From: the human T2T-CHM13v2.0 reference genome, Homo sapiens
Assembly: GCF_009914755.1 (NCBI RefSeq)
Contig: NC_060928.1
Length of the DNA: 64,000 bases
Strand: one strand, 5' to 3'
Under the pieces are notes generated by a model. The model was not told where the DNA came from. It ran no database searches and saw only the letters and a program-made list of their open reading frames with translations. Position 1 is the stretch's first letter. Every line of letters begins with the position of its first letter. A program made the translations under genes and the position numbers. Below, in pieces: positions 1-11,899 of this stretch.

Positions 1-1678
1 ACTGAGTTTTTACTGCAGGATTTCTCACTTCTCAATAGTAAATCTTATCTTTCTTTCATGAGGATGAAAAACCTAGAGCTTATGAGTGCCTCAGGCAAGT
101 GAGTTTGAAGGTCTTCTTTGGATTGAATGAAAGATAATAATCAAAATCTAGGTCAAGATATTATTTATTCTATAGAGAATTGTTTAAGCTAATGTTTTAA
201 ATTTAAGTCATAACACATTTTAATATATGATTCATACAATGCCGATCAAATATTCTTAATGACTGCACACGTTATAATCTTATTCTGACTATTTAACTTT
301 GAGAAACGTCCTAACATCAAGTAGTATAGCCATTAAATTATCATGACAAAGATATCAAACTTCCTTCATTGTATCTATTTCTCAAGACATATGTATGAGC
401 TATGTGTCTGAAAGCTTTAGAAACTTCAGTATACCTTTTCAGAAAGAAAATGAAAACAAAGGGTTTATGGTAGATACACTGAAACAGAATGCAAAAAAAG
501 GTGAAGAAAAAGGATCTAGTTTGAGACATAACAAGGAAAGCTTCCCCTCAGAGAACCAGAATTAAGTCACTGATAGTTGTTATTAGCAATAGCACAGGTT
601 ATTAAAATTTTTAATAATTATTTAAAAATATAAGAAGTGAAAAAATGATAAACAGCAAAACGTTATAAAATGGTGAATAATTGATAGGGAATAAAGATAA
701 TTATCCATCATGAATACTTTTCCTAGGAGAAAATAAACTATATTGTATATGATTTACGTTTCAACAAAATGACTCCAGTTTGTGTTAGATAACTAGTAAA
801 TATTTGGTATTTAAGAGTATGTAAATATACTACATTAAGGGTTTACTTTAAAAGTTTCTTTGTCTTATCATTTCATTCATACAGTTGGTTATGAGCACTG
901 GTTATATATAAAGAAACACGCATCCTACCATCTGTGAATTTAGGATAAAGTCAAAGTGAGTCCCAGCTCTCTGCTGAAAATAATGAAAACAGAACAAAAT
1001 TGTATTCTCTTCTTACAGACTTCACATAGCAATAGGACTATTTGGAAAAATATTATAATAAGGTGTTAGGTAGAAATAGCATATTTGAGTGATCTTACAA
1101 TAAGTTAGAGTTATATCAGAACAAATGTTTGAGTTATGTTACAATAAGAGTTAGCACTGCATACCCTAAAGTCTAGAGACGGGGTTGGATATGATAGCCA
1201 GGTCTCTGAACTGTGGGGATTAGGAGTTATTCACTATGAAATTATACTTCCCGTAATGAGGATGGAAGAAAAGTCCACTTCTGATTATCACTTAAAAACT
1301 AAGGGGAGTGAAGCATGAGAAGAGCAATTGACTGGAGTTCTATAAGGAAAGGTGGATCATGTGAGGGAGCATGGGATTATTGAGAGCAAGTCAGATTTCT
1401 GGCTCCGTTTTATGACCAAAAACTGCATTTACCTTCCAACCAGCTTCCTTATAAAATGATGACTAATGGCCACAAGGAGGCTAGACAGGTGTCAGAAATC
1501 TTATTTGCCAATGAATTTCTATAATTGTCAGTGGCTCAATAGTACCAGGGAAATTTTCTAGGCAAATGGAGAACATCTAGTCCAAATTATCAAGACTACT
1601 AATGATTAGTCTTGATTTAGACTAATAATGATTAGTCTTGATTTCCCATGTAGAGGAAATCAAGGTCCAAAAAGATGA

Positions 1679-3970
1679 TGATAGGGTTTGGCTGTATCCC
1701 CACTCAAACCTCATCTTGAATTGTACTCCCATAATTCCCATGTGTTGTTGGAGGGACCCAGTGGGAAATAATTTGAATCATGGGGGGCAGTTTCCCCCAT
1801 ACTGTTCTTATGGTAGTGAATAAGTCTCATGAGACCTGATGGTTTGATCAAGGGTTTCTGCTTTTGCATCTTCCTCATTTTCTCTTGCTGCTGCCATGTG
1901 AGAAGTGCCTTTCACCTCCCGCCATGATTCTGAGGCCTCCCCAGCCATGTTCAACTATAAGTCCAATTAAAGCTCTTTTTCTTCCCAGTCTCAGGTATGT
2001 CTTTATCAGCAGCACAAAAACAGACTAATACAGTAAATTGGTACCAGTAGAGTGGGTTGTTCCTGAGAAGATACCCAAAAATGTGGAAGCAACTTTGGAA
2101 CTGGGTAACAGGCAGAGGTTGGGACAGTTTGGAAGGTGGCTCGGAAGACAGGAAAATGTGGGAAAGTTTGGAACTTCCTAGAGACTCGTTGAGTGGCTTT
2201 GCCCAAAATGCTGATAGTGATATGGACAATAAAGTCCAGGCCAAGGTAGTCTCAGATGGAGATGAGGAACTTGTCGGGAACTAGAGCAAAGGTGACTTTT
2301 TTTATGTTTTAGCAGAGACACTGGCAGCATTTTGCCCCTGCCCTAGAGATCTGTGGAACTTTGAACTTGAGAGAGATAATTTAGAGTATCTGGCAGAAGA
2401 AATTTCTAAGCAGCAAAGCATTCAAGAGGTGACTTGGGTGCTGTTAAATGCATTCAGTTTTACAAGGGAAACAGCATAAAAGTTTGAGAAATTTGCAGCC
2501 TGACAATGCAATAGAAAAGAAAATCTCATTTTCTGAGGAGAAATTCAAGCCAGCAGCAGAAATTTGCATAAGTAATGAGGAGCCAAATGTTAATCCCCAA
2601 GACAATGGGGAAAATGTCTCCAGGGCATGTCAGAGGTCTTCATAGCAGCCCTTTCCATCACAGGCCCAGGGACCTAGAAGGAAAAAGTGGTTTTGTGGGC
2701 TGGGCATGGGGTCCCTGAGCTGTGTGCAGCCTAGCAACCTGGTTCCTGGCATCCCAGCCACTCCAGCCATGGCTTAGAGGGGCCAGTGTAGAACTTGGGC
2801 CATGTCTTCAGATGATGCAAGCCCCAAGCCTTAGCAGCTTCCATGTAGAGTTGAGCCTGCCAGTGCACAGAAGTCAAGAATTGAGGTTTGGGAACCTCTG
2901 CCTAGATTTCAGAAGATGTATGGAAACGCCTGTATGCCCAGGCAGAAGTTTGCTGCAGGGGTGCATCTCTCATGGAGAACCTCTGCTAGGGCCCTGCAGA
3001 AGGGAAATGTGAGGTTGGAGACCCCACACAGAGTCCCTACTGGGGCACCACCTAGTGCAGCTGTGAGAAGAGGGCCACCATCCTCCAGACCCCAGAATGG
3101 TAGATCCACCTACAGTTTGCACTGTGTGCCTGGAAAAGCCACAGACACTCAACACCAGCCTGTGAAAGCAGCTGGGAGGGAGACTCTACCCTGCAAAGCC
3201 ACAGGGGTGGAGCAGCCCAAGACCATGGGAATGCACTTTTGCATCGGCATGACCTGGATGTGAGACCAGGAGTCAAAACAGATCATTTTGGAGCTTTGAA
3301 ATTTGACTTCCCCACTGGATTTTGGACTTGCATGGACCCTATAACCCCTTTGTTTTGGCCAATTTCTCCCATTTGGAACAGCTGTATTTACCCAATACCT
3401 GTACCCCCATTGTATCTAGGAAGTCACTAGCTTGCTTTTGATTTTACAGGCTCATAGGCAGAAGGGACTTGCCTTGTCTCAGATGAGACTTTGAACTGTG
3501 GACTTTATGCTTAAATGAGTTAAGACTTTGGGGAACTGTTGGGAAGGCATGATTGGTTTTGAAATGTGAGGACATGAGATTTGGAGGAGCTGGGGGTGGA
3601 ATAATATGGTTTGGCTTTGAGTTCCCACCCAAATCTCACCTTGAATTGTACTCCCATCATTCCCATGTGTTGTGGGAGGGACCCCATGGGAGAGACCCAG
3701 TGGGAGATACTTTGAATCATGGGGGCAGTATTCTCCATACTGTTATCATGCTAGTAAAGAAGTCTCATGAGATCTGATGGTTTTAGCAGGGATTTCTGCT
3801 TTTGCATCTTCCTCATTTTCTCTTGCCACTGCCATATAAGAAGTGCCTTTCACCTCCCACCATGATTCTGAGGTCTCCCCAGCCATGTGGAACTGTAAGT
3901 CCAATTAAACCTCTTTTTCTTCCCAGTCTCGGGTATATCTTTATCATCAGCATGAAAACAGACTAATACA
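1679..3970 (+). mobile_element. Full-length THE1 (ERVL-MaLR) provirus, THE1A-like: 5'LTR 1679-2032, internal 2033-3601, 3'LTR 3602-3970
   Basis: Both LTRs begin T(G/A)ATA(G/T)GGTTTGGCT and end CAGACTAATACA. The internal region starts GTAAATTGGTACCAGTAGAGTGGG, as in THE1-int. Flanks GATGA/GATAA form a 5-bp TSD with one mismatch. Confidence 0.95.
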
Positions 3971-4689
3971 GATAAAATAATTATCCAGAAATAGCAAGAA
4001 GCAGAAGAATGCAGGCCAGCTTAGTCTTGCAAAGGCAGGGCTCTCTCCAAAACACTACAAGAAGGACAATATCTTATCTCCTCTTCAGAGACAAGATAGA
4101 TCATTGAAATTCACAAATAAGCCCCAAACTGCTTTTTCAGCCAATATGTCCAACTTTCCCCCAAGCTAAATCACAGTAAATCAGAGAGAAATAATATTAC
4201 ATAATTGATTTGAGTTTTATCTTCTTTTATTTCATCTTTATTTCTTGTAAAGTTGCTAATGAGCAATAAAATGGCCAAAAATCAGAAAAGAAGAGAAAGC
4301 AAAGGATGTAGAAAACCCACAAAATGACTAATCAGCCCCAATGTAACTGAGTATTAATAGTAACATATTTATCTAGTGCAGATCAAAAGCTTTCATCATG
4401 TTCTAAAATCTCAAAGAACTCAAGTAAATCAGGATCTAGTAGAATAATTTCTCTGGAATATAATGACTTGCCAGTCTCTCCCAGACTGTGCTGAAGCTTT
4501 ATTATCTGAAACTTAGGTACTATTATCCTTATCACAAAAGACATAGTTGGAACTGAAAATAAAAATGGTCTTACCCATGAGTTGTTCCCTTACATTATTC
4601 CATTTGTCTGTTTTCTACACTGAACAACTACAGACAGCAGAGTATATTTAAGTAGAAGAGAGGAAGGGTGACACATCTTCCTTCCCATT

Positions 4690-4740
4690 TGTGTGCACAT
4701 GCATGCACATGCACATACCCACACAGACACACACACACAC
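4690..4740. repeat. Alternating purine-pyrimidine / (CA)n microsatellite
   Basis: gtgtgcacatgcatgcacatgcacatacccacacagacacacacacacac. Confidence 0.8.
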
Positions 4741-5559
4741 TCCTGAGGAGTAATTAGTTCCTTCTGCAGTGTTGTCATTCAATTTACACCAATATATACA
4801 AATGCCAAAGGGCAAAGAGCCTCAAGAGTATTTTCCTTAGTTTGTTAACTTATCCCCACTGTCTTTTCCAGGCTCACAGCCTCATCCCCGGGATGTTAGA
4901 GAGCCTCCTGTGGCCACTGCTGAGTGCCTCTCTGGACTCTTTTTCCTAGCTCTGCTCTCCCAGTCCTACATGGTCCTAACCCATTGAGCTTTAAAACCAT
5001 TTTTCTCCTGCCCATCCAAGTGACTGCCTGCTATTGTGACCCAGCCTCTACCCCAAGTTATCAGTCATTTTATACTCCACTTGTTTCCCCTGCCAGCAAA
5101 GAGAAGGAGGGATTTTCTAATTCTCAAGGAATGTGTAGAGGGGCTGAGGAGGAGAAAGAGACTCCCTCAAAGTGTCTGGCCTTAAGGAAGAATATCTGAA
5201 AAAAATCAGCCCCATTCTTCCTGCAAAGAAGAATCTTCTGATGTCTCTTCTCCTATGTCTGCAAGAGTATCTGTCTCCTTCTTATCTGTTTTAGGTGCAG
5301 ATTTTAGGAAAGGTGGGCAGAATGTAAGAGTAGAAAATAGGTTATTCCCCAAACAATCTATTTCTGTGTGTTTTTGAGAATTGAAGTTCTCTTTGTTTAA
5401 AAATCTCTGTAAGTCAATCTATTAGGATAGTGTTATATAACTCAATATCAACTCATTAGCAGAAAGAGATAAAGTGAATAGATTTAATTTTACTAAGCAG
5501 ATATGGTCATATTAAATGCCTTATTTGGGACCCTGGGGTACATCAGTGTAGGGTCAAAG

Positions 5560-5820
5560 ATCCACTGTGTGTTTCTGACTTTGCACAAAGGCTCCTAAGT
5601 GGAAGAGGCATGAGGAGGGATGAGGTCTAGCTTGTTTTTACTTGTCTGCCTTGTGCCCTAGCAAGGGCTACAATTTTTAAAGAAAAGGGTGACTTATTTT
5701 GTCACACAAAGGCACCTTTTGCTGGTCAAGCCAGTGGGATGCCACCATGCAGAGGGAGTGCCTTTTTTCAAATCGATCTGCCCAGAGCAAAGGCTCTCAG
5801 TAGGATGGCCAGGGCTCTAG
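5560..5820. mobile_element. Possible degraded hAT-Tip100 DNA transposon (MER91-like)
   Basis: Recurrent GCACAAAGGC / GTGCCTTTTTTC motifs resemble MER91; weak, from memory. Confidence 0.3.
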
Positions 5821-6823
5821 CTCAGCATCACTTCTCTGCTCATTTTATGAACATAGAAATAATTTTAACATCTTTAAATGAAGAAATGGCATCGACAGTG
5901 ATGTTTAAGCTTTCTTTAGTAGTAGAATCATCTCTTTAAGTGAATTCTGATAAGCTTCATGTCTAAATCAGAGCTACTCTGGTTAAATTCTGCATGGGGT
6001 TCTGGCTTTTCCCTCTTCCCCAAAACTATGATTTGTTATGAACTGTAGTTTAAGAATTTCTTTGTTCCAAGTTATTTTTTAATAAAGCATCAGATGGTTT
6101 AAACTAAAGCAAAATAAATTTATAGCAGAGAGTTAGTCAAAGTTTCCTCTCACATGCCCAAAGCATTTACCACTTTCCAAATGTACAAAATACCTTGGTA
6201 ATTATTTGTCATTTGTGATTCCCCTCTTCTCATGTTTTTAAAATTTTGCAAAGTCTGAGACTGTAAAAATAGTCACTTTGCTTGCATGAAATGGTGGCAC
6301 CAAGCTGAGGATCAAAAAATCATTATCTATTTTATGACAAGTTATGAAACAAATGACATCCTGGGTTCTTTATAATTTTAATACAGGCTCCTTCGTTTAC
6401 CTTGCAGTTTTATGTTTCACAGGGTGACAAAGTACACTTTGTGTGCATGTTTTAGGTGGCACAAGTGCATATCGATGCTGCACAAAACACATCTTAAGAT
6501 GAAATTCTTAAGATACAGATTATTCTAAATTCCTTTCAATCCAGTCAAATTCCTTCTAGTTCTGTGTAGAAAAGTATGGGACTTTAAAAGGAGACTTTAT
6601 CTATAAAATATTTATTATATTTACCTTTTTAGAATATTCATCTGTTTTAAGCCTTCTATTTAAAAGTTAATATTCTGATTTTTTTTTTTTCCTCTCAGGT
6701 TGTGATGATTAATTTTATGTGTCAACTTGGCTAGGCCATGGCATCCAGATATTTGGTCCAATACCAGTCTAGATATTGCTGTGAAGGCGTTTTTTAGATA
6801 AGATTGACATTTAAATCAATAGG

Positions 6824-8023
6824 TCTTTTTAAAAAAGATAATACAGGTTTTTATTTTATTTGTTTATTTTTGGTTCTATGGCTAGCAAAGTTATTTTATT
6901 TTGTTTTAATCAACAAGAAATTGTATATATATAATTGTATATGTTTATGTATAATCATATATATTTATATACACATATATAATTGTATATATTTATATAC
7001 ACATATATAATTGTATATATTTATATACACATATATAATTGTATATATTTATATATACATATATAATTGTATATATTTATATATACATATATAATTGTAT
7101 ATATTTATATATACATATATAATTGTATATATTTATATATACATATATAATTGTATATATTTATATATACATATATAATTGTATATATTTATATATACAT
7201 ATATAATTGTATATATTTATATATACATATATAATTGTATATATTTATATATACATATATAATTGTATATATTTATATATACATATATAATTGTATATAT
7301 TTATATATACATATTTATGTATATTGTATATATACAATATGATGTTTTAAATGTAAGCTTTTATTTCTTTTTTATTTTTGGGAATTTGATTTTTTCCTTT
7401 TATTTTTAGATGACACACAATAATTGTACATATTTATGGGATAAAGAGTGATATTTTGATAGGTGTATACAATATGTCATGATTCAAATTAGGGGGATTC
7501 ATATATCTGTCACCTCAAACAGTTATCATTTGCACTGTGAACATTCAAAATCCTCTTTTAGCTTTTTGAAAACATGTGATAAATTTCAGTTAACCATATT
7601 TACCTTCCAGTGCTGCAGAACCTGAGAACTCACTCCTCCTATCTAGCTGTAATTTTGTATCTGTTGGACAACCTCTTCCCATCCTCCCTGCCCACTATCC
7701 TTCGAGCCTCTAATACCCACAATTCTACTCTCTACTTCCATGAACTCGGATTGCTTTTTAGCTCCGACATATGAGTGAGAATAAGTAGTATTCATCTTAC
7801 CGTGCTTGACATTTCACCAAACATACTGTCCTCCAGGCTCATCCATATTGCCACAAATGACAGGATTTCATTGTTTCTTAAGGCTGAATAGTATTCCATT
7901 GTGTATACCACGTTTTCTTTATCCATTATTCTGTCAATGGACACTTAGGTTGATTCCATGTCTTAGCTATTGTGAATAATGCTGCAATAAATATGGGGGT
8001 GAATGTATCCTTGTGATATATTG
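6824..8023 (-). mobile_element. L1MA-type 3' end(s) inserted in MLT2
   Basis: T-rich tail, then antisense L1 3'UTR (GGCTGAATAGTATTCCATTGTGTATACCAC...GCTATTGTGAATAATGCTGCAATAAA). Flanked by TSD TAAATCAATAGG (6812-6823) / TAAATCAGTAGG (8024-8035). Confidence 0.85.
6918..7335. repeat. AT-rich minisatellite, 28-bp unit AATTGTATATATTTATATA(C/T)ACATATAT, about 12 near-perfect copies plus degenerate flanks
   Basis: AATTGT recurs every 28 bp from 6981 to 7289. Confidence 0.95.
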
Positions 8024-8088
8024 TAAATCAGTAGGCTGAGTAAAGCAAGTTACCTCATCCTGTCAATTGAAGGCATATATGATACACA

Positions 8089-9002
8089 GTATAGGAAAAA
8101 AAGACAAACTGGTTTCTCCTACTATATGCTCAACACCACACTTCTTGTTACCAAAATGTGTGGGCTTTTATATCCCCAACAAGCAATTCTCCAGCAGACA
8201 TCAACCAGGTGTCCTATAATTCAAGTCGATTCTGATACTACTGACCTGGAGTTAGAGACAGATCCCATAGGTTAAGGGCCAGTCCCATAAAACTTCCCCC
8301 AACTTCAGATACCAATCATAAATCGAGTCCTCTGGAGCTTCTGATCAACTGGCTATAAGTTGGGGTTCCCATGGCCCCACCTCAGGTTTGATCGCTTGCT
8401 GCAGTGACTCACAGAACTCCAGAAAAAACACTTTACTTATGTTTACCAGTTTATTCTAAAGCATGCAGAGTCAGATGGAAGAGATGCAAAGGGCAAGGAA
8501 TGTGGGAAGGGGTGCAAAGCCTCCATGCCCTCTCTGGGTGCACCACCCTCCAGGAATCTCCAGGTGTTCAACAACCTGGAAGAAAGTTCTTCAAACCCCA
8601 CAGGTTAGGGAGTTTTATGAAGGCTTCATTATGGAGGCATGATAGATTATTAACTCAATCTCCAGCCCTTCTCCCCTTCCTGGAGGATAAGGGTGAGGGT
8701 TAGGGCTAAAAGTTCCAAGCTTATAATCATGGCTTAGTCTTTCTGGTGACCAACCCCCATCCAAGAGTCCACCAAGAGTCACCTAACTAGAACAAAAGAC
8801 ACTCCTGTGTCCCAGAAAATTCCAAGGGATTAGGAACTCTGTGTCAGGAACCAGGATCAAACACCAAATATTAGAACTATTAGAACAAAAGATTCTCTTA
8901 GCAACCCTATTGCTCAGGAAACGACAATGGTTTTAGGAGCTTTGTGTCAGGAACCAAGGATGAAGACCAAAATCTATATTTCCTATTAATCACAGTATCA
9001 CA
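8089..9002 (-). mobile_element. MER21-family LTR
   Basis: Reverse complement starts TGTGATACTGTGATTAATAGGAAATATAGATTTTGGTCTTC, as in MER21; about 910 bp. Confidence 0.8.
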
Positions 9003-9748
9003 CACACATGCACACACACACACGTATTCACTCATTCTGTGCGTTCTGTTTCCCTGGAGAATGCTAATATACAGGTTCTCATTCTGGCCTGGCACACACT
9101 CTTACTTACCCTTGCTTTCACAGAGAAGACCACTGAAATTCCCGTGGAGGCCATGTCAACGTTTCTTTTAAGTTGTATAAATATAAGCATCTCTTATTAA
9201 TTGCTGTTGATTAGCCAAAAGGCAAATACTTAATTAAACATTGAGAGATAATAAAATTGCACATGAATTATCTATCTAAGAGCACATAGGTCCGTACATT
9301 TCATTAAGATGGTTTAACTAATAATCATGTCTCTTACACCCAGTCCTTGTTTGAGCAGATAGATTGTTTTAAAAAAAGAAAAAAGTTCCCTAGAGGGAGG
9401 GTGTTGTTTTTGTTAAAGTCATATGTTTGTTGTTTTGTATTTACTTTTCTATTCATCCATGTTCTTTTAGAAGCACTGTTGATTTCACCACAGATAAATA
9501 TTTTGTTTGCTATTCTTGAATATGTATACTCAAGGGGAGTTATTGACCAGTTTGAATGACAACGAAGCCTTTACAAAGAAAAGATTTAGCTAGTGGGTGA
9601 GCAAAATTCAGTTCTCCACTGTTTGTCATACATCCTTCTATTTCATAGAGCTTTTCTTGGTGCTGTTGTCTGTGGATTTACAAGGGGCAAAAAGAGTGGC
9701 TTGCACTTTTGAGTGTTTACTTAAGACACAGACTTTAATTTGGATATG

Positions 9749-10043
9749 GGCTGGGCGTGATGGCTCACACCTGTAATCCCAGCACTTTGGGAGGCCGAGG
9801 CAGATGGATCACCTAAGGTCAGGAGTTTGAGACTAGCCTGGCCAAAATGGTAAAACACTGTCTCTACTAAAAATACAAAATTAGCCGGGCGGGGTGGTGC
9901 ACACCTGTAATCCTAGCTACTCGAGAGGCTGAGGCAGGAGAATCACTTGGACCTGGGAGGTGGAGGTTGCAGTGAGCCGAGAGCACACATTGCACTCCAG
10001 CCTGGGTGACAAGAGCGAGAATCTGTCTCAAAAAAAAAAAAAA
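9749..10043 (+). mobile_element. Alu (AluS, Sq/Sx-like)
   Basis: Full dimer with A tail; degenerate TSD aatttggatatg/aaattggttatg. Confidence 0.95.
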
Positions 10044-10050
10044 TTGGTTA

Positions 10051-10708
10051 TGAAACCAAAGGGCTATTTTGATCAGAACTGCCTGCCCTGCTTGCTTTTG
10101 GTCACTTGTTTTTTTGTCACGTTTTTTCCTTTCTCCATGAAACTGAAGGCCATGGTAGCTAAAGGCCTCCCCACTGAATGCTGAAACTTAACTTTCCCTG
10201 GCTACTTTATAGATACCATTTATAGGTCACCATAGTAATGGTTGCTTCCGTTGTTTTTAGGGAACTTAGGCCAGCTCCTGTCCAGTCTAACTGGTTGAGA
10301 CCACTGACCCTTCAACTTGGCCTGTGGCAAGTGCCCAAGAGGTGGCCTTTTGTTATCCGAGGGCTGAAACCTCTTCCTTGGATCATCCTAATGCCACCAT
10401 TTTCTGTACATATGTCCTAAGAACTGCCATAAACTCCAACTATGCTTGTCCAAAATGAACCTGTTACCTCATTGTTCCCCATTGCTAGTCATCTTTTTTC
10501 ACGTCTTACATCACCCCACTTCCCCAAACCATAAAGATCCCTAAGCCTTATCCCGGGGGAGGCAGATTTGAGAGCTATTTTCCCACCCTCCTCCCTTCCC
10601 CACCACATGTCAGTCTTGTGAGCACATCTTTTCTCTTTTGCAAAACCTATATCACAATGATTGATTTACTGCACACAGGCAGAACTGACCTGGACCTGGC
10701 CTGTAACA
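10051..10708. mobile_element. Solo ERV1-class LTR (MER4 group, MER39-like)
   Basis: TG...CA termini with perfect 4-bp TSD GTTA (10047-10050 / 10709-10712). The end CCTGTAACA and the TTTTCTCTTTTGCAAAACC motif are typical of the MER4 group; exact family uncertain. Confidence 0.75.
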
Positions 10709-11558
10709 GTTACTTCAAGAAGCAGGAAAAAAACCTAAATGTTTCTACTGTTTACTACCCAGGACTGAACAGAAGTAGCTGTGCAACCACCACTAGAAGC
10801 CTTCTGAGCGTGTTACTGAAGAGGATGAGGCAGGAGGCTTCCAGAGGCAACAGCCAAGACTAAGCCATCAACCACAGGGCCAAACCCAGTAAAAAAGAAA
10901 AATAAGAACACTTCCACTTAAAGAACTGCTGCAATTATACTGTTCCTTTTTTTTTTCCATTAACATGTCTTTCCTTTTATGATGGCGAGAGTTAATATTA
11001 AGGTGTGCATATATGTTTGTTAAACGATCTCATTTTGCAATTAAAAGTTTGCACTTATATTAATACATTGGTTCTACTATTTCTTTTAAAAATATGTTTG
11101 AAATTTTCTGTCTTATAAAATCCCATTGGCTGAGAAATATCAGCCTACCTACATACAGGTTTCTTGCTTATGTTTGATGCTGCAGCTTCCCAATTCTAGC
11201 CACTCTTCCTCTGATGTTGCAAGAGTGTGTTTCTATGCAATGGAGAACACATGATTGTTATCTTTATGGTGCAGGTGGTTGATCTCTGAGACCAGATGGC
11301 AGATGGCACAACAGGAGTCCTTGACACAAAGCTGTTAAAGAATATGTTCTCCTTTAATGAAATGGAGCTAGAATGGCTCAGGAAATTGTGCACGCAAATT
11401 TCACTAGCACTGAGTTTGTTTCTTATCTTAAATGAGATCAGTAGGAAAACCAAGGCTGTGCTCTATAGATGGACTATAAGGATTGTTTACACAGCATGGG
11501 CCAGTGTCTGGGGCTGCAGATTGAGGAGAATTACACCATTAACTGGGCTGAAAAAGAC

Positions 11559-11595
11559 CCTTATAAGGCTCTGAGTTGCCTTATAAGGCAACTCA
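11559..11595. promoter_or_regulatory. Paired CArG boxes (CCTTATAAGG x2) with 24-bp palindrome; candidate SRF enhancer
   Basis: CC(A/T)6GG at 11559-11568 and 11579-11588; perfect palindrome 11572-11595. Function is inferred. Confidence 0.4.
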
Positions 11596-11899
11596 CTCTA
11601 GCATAGAGTTACTTTGCATTGTTTCTCTAATTCTGCATGCTACTCCAGCTGTATTGATAATGAAGACAAACATGGCATAGACATATTTAAAGCCATTTTG
11701 AACATATGATCCAAAGGATTACCTATAAGAATAATGCTCAGAAAAAAGATCACCTAAACTTGTTCTAGTACAAAGCTGCTAATTTTATAGGTTAGTTGTT
11801 TTTATTGGCCACCTCAGGTTTACTTTACAAATTTACATTGTGTTGTTGAAATGCCTAATGTGGTAACTCTTTTTATTGTCATAGTCATAACATCCTTGA

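Larger units (their letters stand above)
6701..9073 (+). mobile_element. MLT2 (ERVL) solo LTR, split into pieces (6701-6823, ~8024-8085, ~9003-9073) by L1 and MER21 insertions
   Basis: Starts TGTGATGATTAATTTTATGTGTCAACTTGGCTAGGCCA. Resumes AAATCAGTAGGCTGAGTAAAGCA. Ends TTCTGTTTCCCTGGAGAATGCTAATATACA after a CA-rich tract typical of MLT2. Confidence 0.85.

Noticed and set aside
1638-3777. Cluster of overlapping 60-115 aa ORFs
   Set aside because: All lie in THE1 LTR or internal sequence; they are broken MaLR remnants, not a host gene.
6918-7335. Regular 28-bp repeats resembling a CRISPR array
   Set aside because: There are no spacers; this is a eukaryotic AT-rich minisatellite.
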